A stretch of 46,577 nt of DNA from an uncultured Desulfobacula sp. (GTDB lineage Bacteria > Desulfobacterota > Desulfobacteria > Desulfobacterales > Desulfobacteraceae), in contig CAYWNB010000004.1 in the NCBI GenBank assembly GCA_964459195.1, positions 2,639-49,215 of the forward strand, in the 5' to 3' direction. The first letter of the stretch is position 1. Every line of letters starts with the position of its first letter. Below the pieces are notes generated by a model. The model was not told where the DNA came from. It worked only from the letters and a program-made list of their open reading frames with translations, and made no database searches. The translations under genes were made by a program, and so were the position numbers. Shown one piece after another: positions 39,093-46,577 of the stretch.

Positions 39093-39509
39093 CTATTCAA
39101 ACCCTTCTTGCAACCGAATCCTGTCCAGCACCCCGTTTATAAAGGCACCGGAATCCCTTGTACCGAATTTTTTACCGATTTCAACGGCCTCATTAATGGT
39201 AACGCTGGGAGGAATATCCTTACGTTTCAACAGCTCAAAGGTGGCAATACGCATGATATTCCTGTCCACCACAGGCATCCTGGAAAGCTTCCAGTTTTTG
39301 GAATATTTGTTGAGCAGACCGTCGATATCACCCATGTCGGCAACAACCCCTTCCACTAATCCCAGAAAAAAAGGTTTCACCATGTCGGTGAGTTCATCTT
39401 CCCGCTGGGCACAAAATTGTATCAGTCCTGTGGCAGGATCTAATTTGTTGACATCAAAGGAAAACAATGCCTGCAGCGCCAGTTCCCTTGAAAGCCTGCG
39501 ATCTCCCAT
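39093..39509 (-). CDS. nusB: Transcription antitermination factor NusB
   Basis: MGDRRLSRELALQALF...INGVLDRI. Internal ATG at 39509 chosen because the track extension overlaps ribH. Confidence 0.9.
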   Translation of the reverse strand: MGDRRLSRELALQALFSFDVNKLDPATGLIQFCAQREDELTDMVKPFFLGLVEGVVADMGDIDGLLNKYSKNWKLSRMPVVDRNIMRIATFELLKRKDIPPSVTINEAVEIGKKFGTRDSGAFINGVLDRIRLQEGFE

Positions 39510-39513
39510 TCTC

Positions 39514-40002
39514 TTATTCCGCCTTTCCAGATTCGAGGGTAAGCTCACAGCAGAGGTTTGCCATCTCAATGGCCGCCATGGCCACGTCAAAGCCCTTGTT
39601 CCCGGCCTTGGTGCCGGCTCTTTCAATGGCCTGCTCAATGGTTTCAGTGGTCAAGATTCCAAACATAACCGGCACATCCGCATCCAGGCCCACAGCGGCG
39701 ATGCCCTTGGAGACCTCTGCGCAGACATAATCATAATGGCTGGTGGCACCCCTTATAACAGCCCCCAGGCAGATGATGGCATCATATTTTTTCTGGCGGG
39801 CCATCTTCTGGGCAACCAGGGGGATTTCATAGGCCCCTGGTACTTTTACAAGGGTGATGTCCTTGTCCTGGGCTCCGCTTCGTACCAGGGCATCCACGGC
39901 ACCGTCCACAAGCCTTGCGGTGATAAAATCATTAAACCTGGCAGCAATGATCCCAAATTTTTTTCCCCGGGCCGTCAGGCCTGCTTCTATTATCTGTGGC
40001 AT
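39514..40002 (-). CDS. ribH: 6,7-dimethyl-8-ribityllumazine synthase
   Basis: [33 protein letters not shown]. Confidence 0.95.
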   Translation of the reverse strand: MPQIIEAGLTARGKKFGIIAARFNDFITARLVDGAVDALVRSGAQDKDITLVKVPGAYEIPLVAQKMARQKKYDAIICLGAVIRGATSHYDYVCAEVSKGIAAVGLDADVPVMFGILTTETIEQAIERAGTKAGNKGFDVAMAAIEMANLCCELTLESGKAE

Positions 40003-40024
40003 ATTTATATCCTTTATGGTTGAT

Positions 40025-41224
40025 CTACATATGAAGCAGATGGCCCATTTTGGCCTGCTTGCATTTCAGATATCCCTGGTTATAACAGTTTGGCGCGACT
40101 TCGATGGGCACCTGTTCCACTAAACTGAGACCATAGCCTTCCAGTCCGATCATCTTTTTAGGGTTATTGGTCAGCAACCGCATTTTTTTCACCCCAAGAT
40201 CCACCAGCATCTGGGCACCAATCCCATAATCGCGCATGTCGGCCTTAAAGCCCAGTTTTTCATTGGCCTCCACGGTGTCCAGCCCCTGACGCTGGTATTC
40301 ATAGGCCTTAAGCTTGTTGACAAGCCCTATTCCGCGGCCTTCCTGGCGAAGGTAAAGCAATACGCCGGCACCTTCTTCCTCCATCATGTCCATGGCCTTG
40401 TGGAGCTGCTCCTGGCAGTCGCATCTTAAAGAACCGAAGATATCACCGGTCATGCATTCCGAATGAACCCGGACCAGAATGGCTTGTTCCGGGTCAATAT
40501 CTCCTTTGACCAGGGCCATATGGGTGAGATTGTCCATGTCATTCTCATAGGCAATAATTTTAAATTCCCCTGCTTTGGTGGGGATAACGGTCTGGGCAGC
40601 CCGCTTAACAAAACTTTCATTCTTGAGGCGGTATTTTACAAGATCCGCCACCGTGCAGATCCCGATGGAGTGTTCCTTTGCAAAAACTTCAAGCGTAGGC
40701 ATTCTAGCCATGGTGCCGTCCTCATCCATGATCTCACAGATCACAGCCGCCGGCTTTAACCCGGCCAACCTTGCAAGATCAACAGAGCCTTCTGTCTGGC
40801 CGATACGGACCATGACCCCGCCGTCCCGGGCGCGCAATGGAAAAATATGGCCAGGCCTGGCAATGTCCGCAGGACCAGTACCATCGGCGACTGCCGTTAA
40901 AATAGTGGTGGCCCGATCTGCAGCTGAAATCCCTGTGGTCACACCGACCTTGGCTTCGATGGACACGGTGAACCCAGTTTCAAACTGGGAGGTATTTTTG
41001 TCCACCATCATGGGCAGATCAAGGCGGTCTGCAATACTCGAATCCAGGGGAAGACAAATTAAACCCCTGCCGTATTTGGCCATAAAATTTATGGCTTCGG
41101 GGGTGACAGCTTCCGCTGCCATGGTGAGATCCCCTTCATTTTCCCGGTCTTCATCATCCACAAGGATGACCATTTTTCCGTTTTTAATATCCTCAATTGC
41201 CTGTACAATCGTTAAATGCGGCAT
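40025..41224 (-). CDS. ribBA: Bifunctional 3,4-dihydroxy-2-butanone-4-phosphate synthase / GTP cyclohydrolase II
   Basis: [10 protein letters not shown], followed by [17 protein letters not shown]. Confidence 0.95.
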   Translation of the reverse strand: MPHLTIVQAIEDIKNGKMVILVDDEDRENEGDLTMAAEAVTPEAINFMAKYGRGLICLPLDSSIADRLDLPMMVDKNTSQFETGFTVSIEAKVGVTTGISAADRATTILTAVADGTGPADIARPGHIFPLRARDGGVMVRIGQTEGSVDLARLAGLKPAAVICEIMDEDGTMARMPTLEVFAKEHSIGICTVADLVKYRLKNESFVKRAAQTVIPTKAGEFKIIAYENDMDNLTHMALVKGDIDPEQAILVRVHSECMTGDIFGSLRCDCQEQLHKAMDMMEEEGAGVLLYLRQEGRGIGLVNKLKAYEYQRQGLDTVEANEKLGFKADMRDYGIGAQMLVDLGVKKMRLLTNNPKKMIGLEGYGLSLVEQVPIEVAPNCYNQGYLKCKQAKMGHLLHM

Positions 41225-41261
41225 TCGTTACATCCCTTAATTATAAAATATGATATAAAAA

Positions 41262-41939
41262 TTATAAAAATCCATTCTTGGCGAGAAGGGCCATGCTGAT
41301 ATCCGATTTTTTTTGGCTATCAGCATCATTTTTAAGCCCCCTGCCCGTTAATATTTTTCTGACATATTTGCCCAGCATGTCTGTTTCTATGTTCACCTTA
41401 TCCCCCACCTTTTTAAGCCCGATGGTGGTGATATCTGCTGTGTGGGGAATAACACTTACCTGGAACGAAGCCTTTGAACCCGCCTGTGAAAACTGGTTGA
41501 TGGTCAGACTGATCCCGTCAATGGCCACGGATCCTTTTTCAATCATATCCGCGGCCAAGCCCTCATCAACTGCAACGGACATGATCAGCGCATTGGCGTT
41601 TCGGGTAACAGAAGAAATCATTCCGGTACCGTCAATATGCCCTGAGACCAGGTGCCCGTCAATGCGGTCGGACAATCTCAATGCCCTTTCTATATTCACC
41701 CGAGTCCCTGGTCCCATCCGTTTAAAGGTTGTCCTGGCAACTGTTTCCGGTGCCATATCAACCTTAAAATCAAATTTCCCCAGGCTTACAGCCGTCAAAC
41801 AGGCCCCGTTTACGGCAATGGAATCCCCAATTTTACTGCGGGCCAAATCCAGATCACACCCAATGTGAAGGATCTTTCCCTCTCCATTGGATTCAATTGC
41901 CTTGATGGTTCCAAAGCTTTCTATAATACCTGTAAACAC
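41262..41939 (-). CDS. ribE: Riboflavin synthase
   Basis: MFTGIIESFGTI with duplicated lumazine-binding repeats. Confidence 0.9.
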   Translation of the reverse strand: MFTGIIESFGTIKAIESNGEGKILHIGCDLDLARSKIGDSIAVNGACLTAVSLGKFDFKVDMAPETVARTTFKRMGPGTRVNIERALRLSDRIDGHLVSGHIDGTGMISSVTRNANALIMSVAVDEGLAADMIEKGSVAIDGISLTINQFSQAGSKASFQVSVIPHTADITTIGLKKVGDKVNIETDMLGKYVRKILTGRGLKNDADSQKKSDISMALLAKNGFL

Positions 41940-41967
41940 GCACTTTTCTCCAAAGGGTCTTGCCCCG

Positions 41968-43107
41968 TTATTCCGAACCAGGTGGTTCCTTAAGGTATCC
42001 GGTTATCAATACATCATTATCAAACAATTGTACCTTCATGTGTTTGAGTTTAAATGCATCACAAATTTTTTGGGGTCCCTTCCCGTTAAATACGGGCACC
42101 CCATCGCTGCCACCTAAAAACTTGGGGGCCAGAAAAAACAACACCTTGTTGACAATCCCCTCTTTTAATGCAGCTGCTGCCACCTTCCCTCCCCCTTCAA
42201 TGAGGAGACTTTGGATGGACATGTTTCCTAACTTAATCATGAGTTGGCCCAAATCAAGCCTTCCATTTTTTAAGGGCACTTCCAATACCCCCACCCCCAT
42301 TTTTTCCAGGCGCTGCCGTTTTTCAAACGGTGCGTCCGGCCCCACCACAAGAATCGTATCGGCAGTGGATTTTTGGGTGATCACCCGGGCGGTTTCGTCA
42401 ATGCTTAAGTGTGAATCAAGAATAATTCGAAGAGGATCTTTGGTCTGAAAATTTTCAATACGGGCGGTTAAAGAGGGATTATCCGCATGGAGGGTGCCCG
42501 ACCCGATGAGAATGGCATCCACTTCATGGCGAAGCCTGTGGACCTCCCGCCTAGATGTTTCATTGGTAATCCATTTAGAATCGCCTGTGGCAGTGGCGAT
42601 TCGCCCGTCAAGGGTACTGGCACATTTTAAGATAACAAAAGGGAATTTCTTGTTTTGCGTATACCAGATAAATGCTTCGATAAGGGTTTGGGCCTCAGGT
42701 TCTAACAGGCCGCATTCAACCTGGATGCCATTTTCCCTCAAGTATCGGATACCGCCGCCGCTGACATAGGGGTTGGGATCTTTACAGCCCACGACCACCC
42801 GGCTAATACCGGCATTGATTATTTTATGGGTACAAGGAGGGGTTTTTCCAAAATGATTGCAGGGTTCAAGGGTAACATAGATGGTGGCACCCTGGGTAAT
42901 CGGCGGGGTATTCGATGGATAATTTTTTAGGGCATCTTCAATGGCTTCCACTTCTGCGTGGGCCATGCCAGCTGCCCTGTGCCAGCCCTGGCCAACCACC
43001 ACACCGGCGTTCACCACCACCGCCCCCACACAAGGGTTGGGAGAGGTAACCCCTTTTCCCTTTAGGGCAAGGGACAGGGCCCGTCGCATATGGTCATGAT
43101 CGGTCAT
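41968..43107 (-). CDS. ribD: Bifunctional riboflavin biosynthesis deaminase/reductase RibD
   Basis: HAEVEAI, TLEPCNHFGKTPPC. Confidence 0.95.
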   Translation of the reverse strand: MTDHDHMRRALSLALKGKGVTSPNPCVGAVVVNAGVVVGQGWHRAAGMAHAEVEAIEDALKNYPSNTPPITQGATIYVTLEPCNHFGKTPPCTHKIINAGISRVVVGCKDPNPYVSGGGIRYLRENGIQVECGLLEPEAQTLIEAFIWYTQNKKFPFVILKCASTLDGRIATATGDSKWITNETSRREVHRLRHEVDAILIGSGTLHADNPSLTARIENFQTKDPLRIILDSHLSIDETARVITQKSTADTILVVGPDAPFEKRQRLEKMGVGVLEVPLKNGRLDLGQLMIKLGNMSIQSLLIEGGGKVAAAALKEGIVNKVLFFLAPKFLGGSDGVPVFNGKGPQKICDAFKLKHMKVQLFDNDVLITGYLKEPPGSE

Positions 43108-43612
43108 CAGCCTTGTCCGTCACTTTTTCCACCAATTGGTCAAATTCAACCGGCTGGCACTCTTTGGGCAGAAGCCCTTTAAGTTCCTGGATAAAGTCTG
43201 CTACATCTTTAAATTCCCGATATACCGATGCAAACCTTACATAGGCGACATCATCCACCCCTTTCAGGGCCAGAATAATTTTCTCGCCCACCACCTTTGA
43301 AGGGATCTCCCGGTCATTGTTTTCCCGCAACTCCTGTTCAATGACTTCCACCATCTCTTCAATGAGATTGATACTAATGGCTCTTTTTTCGCAAGCCTTG
43401 GAAATTCCCCGGATCACTTTGTCCCGGTCAAACTCTTCCCTGCGGCCGTCTTTCTTGATAATTATAACAGGGGCCTGCTCCACCCGCTCATAGGTGGTAA
43501 ACCGCCGGGAACAGATTTGACATTCCCTGCGGCGGCGGACTTCATATTCAATTTTACCCGGCCGGGAATCAACTACCCGTGTATTTAAATTGGTGCAATA
43601 GGGACACTTCAT
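43094..43612 (-). CDS. nrdR: Transcriptional repressor NrdR
   Basis: MKCPYCTNLNTRVVDSRP zinc ribbon plus an ATP-cone. Confidence 0.95.
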   Translation of the reverse strand: MKCPYCTNLNTRVVDSRPGKIEYEVRRRRECQICSRRFTTYERVEQAPVIIIKKDGRREEFDRDKVIRGISKACEKRAISINLIEEMVEVIEQELRENNDREIPSKVVGEKIILALKGVDDVAYVRFASVYREFKDVADFIQELKGLLPKECQPVEFDQLVEKVTDKADDRS

Positions 43613-43665
43613 GGCCGCCTCTTCTTCTTCTATTTCTATTTAAAACTGACATTTAAAGCTGGTAT

Positions 43666-44145
43666 TTAAAGCTGGACAAGGTCCACCTTGGCCTGGTCAA
43701 ACATTTCCAATGACAAAGGATCATCATACTCCTCCTTAAAATATACAATTTTAATCCCGGCATTAATGATCATTTTGGCACAAATGGAACAGGGCTGATT
43801 GGTACAGTATAATACAGAACCGTTTACGGATACCCCATGGAAGGCGGCCTGGATAATCGCATTTTGCTCTGCATGGACCCCCCGGCACAATTCATGTTTT
43901 TCCCCCGAAGGAACATTGAGCTGTTCCCTCAGACAACCGGTTTCCCTGCAATGGGGAACATTTGCAGGGGCCCCGTTATACCCGGAAGATAAAATTCTCT
44001 TCTCCTTGACAAGGACAGCCCCGACCTTGCGCCTTAGACAGGTGGAACGACTGGCCACAAGGTTGGTAATCCCCATGAAATATTCATGCCAGGAAGGCCT
44101 GCCGGAAACCTGTGGGATCTGCTCTTTTTTTGGGATTTTTTTCAT
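43666..44145 (-). CDS. comEB: Deoxycytidylate (dCMP) deaminase, ComEB-like
   Basis: HAEQNAI and [17 protein letters not shown] 44145 overlaps the glyA stop (ATGA). Confidence 0.85.
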   Translation of the reverse strand: MKKIPKKEQIPQVSGRPSWHEYFMGITNLVASRSTCLRRKVGAVLVKEKRILSSGYNGAPANVPHCRETGCLREQLNVPSGEKHELCRGVHAEQNAIIQAAFHGVSVNGSVLYCTNQPCSICAKMIINAGIKIVYFKEEYDDPLSLEMFDQAKVDLVQL

Positions 44146-45392
44146 AGGGGGGTCTTTGCATACAGGGGATATTGACCACAAAGTGCCTTTACCTTGACAG
44201 CCACAGCTTCCACATTATTCTCGTCAGCATTCTTATCATCCAAGATATCACAGATGTAGCCGGCAATTTTTGTGGTGGCCTCTTCCTTCATTCCCCGGGA
44301 GGTCACCAGGGGCACACCGATACGGATACCGGATGTGACAAAGGGAGAACGACTTTCATTGGGGACTGTATTTTTATTCACCGTAATATTGGCCCGGCCC
44401 AGTCTCTCTTCGGCTTCTTTTCCAGAAATATCTTGCTGGCTGAAATCCACCAACACCATATGATTATCCGTCCCATTGGAAACAAGGTTATATCCACGGT
44501 CCATGAGCACAGATGCCAGTGTGGATCCATTTTTAATCACTTGCTTCTGATAGTCTGCAAAGGCCGGCTCAAGGGCTTCTTTAAATGCCACCGCTTTGGC
44601 GGCAATCACATGCATCAAGGGGCCGCCCTGGATACCCGGAAAAATCTGACTACCGATCTTTTTGCTATAACGTTCGCTGGAAAGGATCAATCCCCCCCGG
44701 GGACCCCTCAGGGTCTTGTGGGTGGTTGAGGTAATGACATCGGCAAACCCGACAGGTGAAGGATGGACCCCACCCGCCACAAGGCCAGCAATATGGGCCA
44801 TGTCCACCATAAAAACAGCGCCCACAGATGCGGCAATCTGGGCAAACCCTTTAAAATCGATAATCCGGGGATAGGCACTGGCCCCGGCCACAATCATCTT
44901 GGGTTTATTTTTTTTGGCAAGCGTCTCCACCTGGTTCAGATCAATCATCTGCGTATCCGGGGAAAGTCCGTAGTGGATAAAATCATATAATTTGCCGGAA
45001 AAACTCACAGGGGCCCCATGGGTGAGGTGACCGCCATGGGCGAGGTCCATTGCCAGGACCCGGTCTCCGGGGTTTAAAAATGCAAAATAAACCGCCATGT
45101 TGGCCCCCGACCCCGAATGGGGCTGTACATTGGCATATTCAACGCCAAAGAGCCGCTTCACCCTTTCAATGGCCAATTCTTCTGCCTGGTCAACAAACTC
45201 GCACCCCCCGTAATACCGCCGAGAAGGGTACCCTTCTGCATACTTATTGGTCAGTATGGACCCTTGAGCCGCCATCACAGCAGGACTTACCGTATTTTCA
45301 GAAGCAATGAGGTTCAACCCATACTCCTGGCGAATTGACTCTTTTTCGATGATCTCTGCTATTTCCAGATCACTTGTCTCAATACTTCCCAT
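44142..45392 (-). CDS. glyA: Serine hydroxymethyltransferase
   Basis: [10 protein letters not shown], and [14 protein letters not shown] (PLP lysine). Confidence 0.95.
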   Translation of the reverse strand: MGSIETSDLEIAEIIEKESIRQEYGLNLIASENTVSPAVMAAQGSILTNKYAEGYPSRRYYGGCEFVDQAEELAIERVKRLFGVEYANVQPHSGSGANMAVYFAFLNPGDRVLAMDLAHGGHLTHGAPVSFSGKLYDFIHYGLSPDTQMIDLNQVETLAKKNKPKMIVAGASAYPRIIDFKGFAQIAASVGAVFMVDMAHIAGLVAGGVHPSPVGFADVITSTTHKTLRGPRGGLILSSERYSKKIGSQIFPGIQGGPLMHVIAAKAVAFKEALEPAFADYQKQVIKNGSTLASVLMDRGYNLVSNGTDNHMVLVDFSQQDISGKEAEERLGRANITVNKNTVPNESRSPFVTSGIRIGVPLVTSRGMKEEATTKIAGYICDILDDKNADENNVEAVAVKVKALCGQYPLYAKTPL

Positions 45393-45409
45393 TCTTATAG
45401 ACCCTCGGA

Positions 45410-45874
45410 TTAAAGATCAATACACTGAATTCTATCTTGATGCCGGCCGCCTTCAAATTCAGTTTCAAGCCATGTTTTGACCAGCTCAAAGGCCAGGATA
45501 TCACCGATAATCCGACCGCCCATCACCAAAATATTGGCATCATTGTGAAGCCGGCTCATGCGCGCTGAAAAGAGATCCGAACATAGGGCCGCCCGAACTT
45601 TTGGGAACCGATTGGCCACCATGGACATGCCAAGACCTGTTCCGCAAAGCAGAATCCCACGGGGAAACTGACCCCTGGAAACCGCATTGGCCACTTTTTT
45701 CCCATAATCCACGTAGCTGACAGATTCCGTACCGTTTGGACCGGCATCTTCAACCATAAAGCCCTTGCTCAAAAGAAGCGCTTTTATTTTTTCCTTTAAC
45801 TCAAAGCCACCATGGTCACTGCCAATAATAATAGAATTGCCAATAAAATTATTGGCAGCCGGTTCTTTATCCAT
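45410..45874 (-). CDS. rpiB: Ribose-5-phosphate isomerase B
   Basis: [28 protein letters not shown]. Confidence 0.9.
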   Translation of the reverse strand: MDKEPAANNFIGNSIIIGSDHGGFELKEKIKALLLSKGFMVEDAGPNGTESVSYVDYGKKVANAVSRGQFPRGILLCGTGLGMSMVANRFPKVRAALCSDLFSARMSRLHNDANILVMGGRIIGDILAFELVKTWLETEFEGGRHQDRIQCIDL

Positions 45875-45883
45875 TGCTTGCTT

Positions 45884-45945
45884 CCTTTGCTTTAGAGCCT
45901 TTGCTGTGGCGCCCTTTGCTTTAGCGCCCTTTGCTGTTGCGCGCT
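45884..45945. repeat. Four tandem 14-15-bp units with core CCTTTGCT (at 45884, 45898, 45913 and 45928), equivalent to two ~29-bp units, in the acpP-rpiB spacer
   Basis: Read directly. On the minus-strand mRNA each unit reads AGCAAAGG, and the last copy doubles as the rpiB SD (AAAGGAAG). Confidence 0.85.
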
Positions 45946-45949
45946 TGTG

Positions 45950-46183
45950 TCAGGATTTTGTCTTGATATAATCAATAGCATCCTGAACCGTCACAAGTTT
46001 TTCTGCTGCGTCATCATCTATTTCAATATCAAAAATTTCTTCCATGGACATGACAAGCTCGACAATTGTCAAAGAGTCTGCTCCAAGATCTTCAATCAGA
46101 GACGCCTCGGGCACCACATCTTCTATGTCAATATCAGAAATCTTTTCTGCAATCACTTTCCGCACCTTGGTTTCAATCGTCAT
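45950..46183 (-). CDS. acpP: Acyl carrier protein
   Basis: [23 protein letters not shown] (DSL phosphopantetheine site); 77 aa, acidic. Confidence 0.9.
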   Translation of the reverse strand: MTIETKVRKVIAEKISDIDIEDVVPEASLIEDLGADSLTIVELVMSMEEIFDIEIDDDAAEKLVTVQDAIDYIKTKS

Positions 46184-46208
46184 GACACAGGCTCCTTTTT
46201 ACCTTTTT

Positions 46209-46394
46209 TTATGCTTCGTCTGCTTTGACTTTAACGTTCCTGTCCTTGTAGGCACCGCACTCGGGGCAAGCCGTATGAGGAAGCTTGGGTTCCTGGCATT
46301 CCGGACAGGTTGCGATTGTCGGGGCGCTCAGTTTGTAGTGTGTCCTTCTTTTCCTGCCTCTTGCCTTGGAACTCTTTTGTTTTGGTACTGCCAT
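46209..46394 (-). CDS. rpmF: 50S ribosomal protein L32
   Basis: MAVPKQKSSKARGRKRR and CPECQ..CPECG zinc-ribbon cysteines. Confidence 0.95.
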   Translation of the reverse strand: MAVPKQKSSKARGRKRRTHYKLSAPTIATCPECQEPKLPHTACPECGAYKDRNVKVKADEA

Positions 46395-46474
46395 TGGTCT
46401 CTCCTAACTATACTATTTTACTTGTTATTTTACTTTAATTACCAGTATTATCCGCCAAACACATAAAACAAACA

Positions 46475-46503
46475 TATTTACCCCAATTTCCAAAAACTGT
46501 CAA
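46475..46503 (-). promoter_or_regulatory. Candidate sigma70-type promoter for rpmF-acpP: TTGACA, 17-nt spacer, TAAATA
   Basis: Minus strand reads cTTGACAgtttttggaaattggggTAAATAtg, about 75-105 nt upstream of the rpmF ATG. Confidence 0.4.
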
Positions 46504-46577
46504 GGCAATAAAATCCTGGCCTTATCCCTATTGCCCAACGATGGGTTTTGTGATACTTAAGGGCTCGAATTTACAGA

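Noticed and set aside
43094-43665. Looked for an FMN (RFN) riboswitch ahead of the rib genes
   Set aside because: nrdR overlaps ribD by 14 nt, and the other rib junctions are only 22-37 nt, so there is no room for one. I recognised no RFN-like sequence upstream of nrdR. The nrdR-ribD-...-nusB arrangement without a riboswitch is known from E. coli-type operons.
1-46577. Scan for tRNA, rRNA, CRISPR repeats, IS elements/transposases, integrases and toxin-antitoxin or defence-system genes
   Set aside because: I saw no cloverleaf-like or rRNA-like sequences in the intergenic regions, no regularly spaced repeats with spacers, and no transposase, integrase or defence-type ORFs. The window is dominated by housekeeping operons.

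Overview
This 46.6-kb window looks like chromosomal DNA from a Desulfobacterales-type sulfate reducer. That assignment is inferred from gene content: dissimilatory-type sat, a giant HdrA-family oxidoreductase, and UGA-selenocysteine usage. I found no rRNA, tRNA, CRISPR array or IS/transposase by eye.

Gene order, left to right:
- a very large HdrA-like/NfnB-like/HdrA-like fusion gene on the minus strand, whose 3' end runs off the window start; the ORF track misses it because it is partial and carries an in-frame TGA
- ampG-like MFS permease and an MBL hydrolase
- acyl-CoA dehydrogenase plus phasin
- a small poorly characterised cluster: acidic protein, DUF2058 protein, SpeE-like methyltransferase
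- an MFP-RND-OMF efflux operon whose RND gene is split by a frameshift inside a G8 run
- a potDABC-like ABC importer
- an AT-rich metallophosphoesterase, then nth, a PP-loop ATPase, an orphan receiver protein and rlmN
- the conserved ffh-rpsP-KH-rimM-trmD-(SPOUT)-rplS-rnhB-yraN-rsmI block
- sat, a HAD hydrolase and an exported DUF1573 protein with an in-frame TGA
- a pabB-pabC fusion and a GloB-like MBL hydrolase
- the minus-strand string rpmF-acpP-rpiB-glyA-comEB-nrdR-ribD-ribE-ribBA-ribH-nusB

Most interesting:
1. A secreted DUF1573 protein whose conserved CGC motif reads U-G-C. It is a candidate selenoprotein that I do not recall from the classic lists.
2. The Sec-containing giant HdrA fusion.
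3. The homopolymer-linked frameshift in the RND pump.
4. Short tandem repeat arrays in two normally compact intergenic spacers (rimM-trmD and acpP-rpiB).
5. An unusually long perfect palindrome and a repeat/palindrome array in the ~580-nt noncoding region upstream of the HdrA-like gene.

All calls come from reading the sequence and recalling family motifs. No database search was run.
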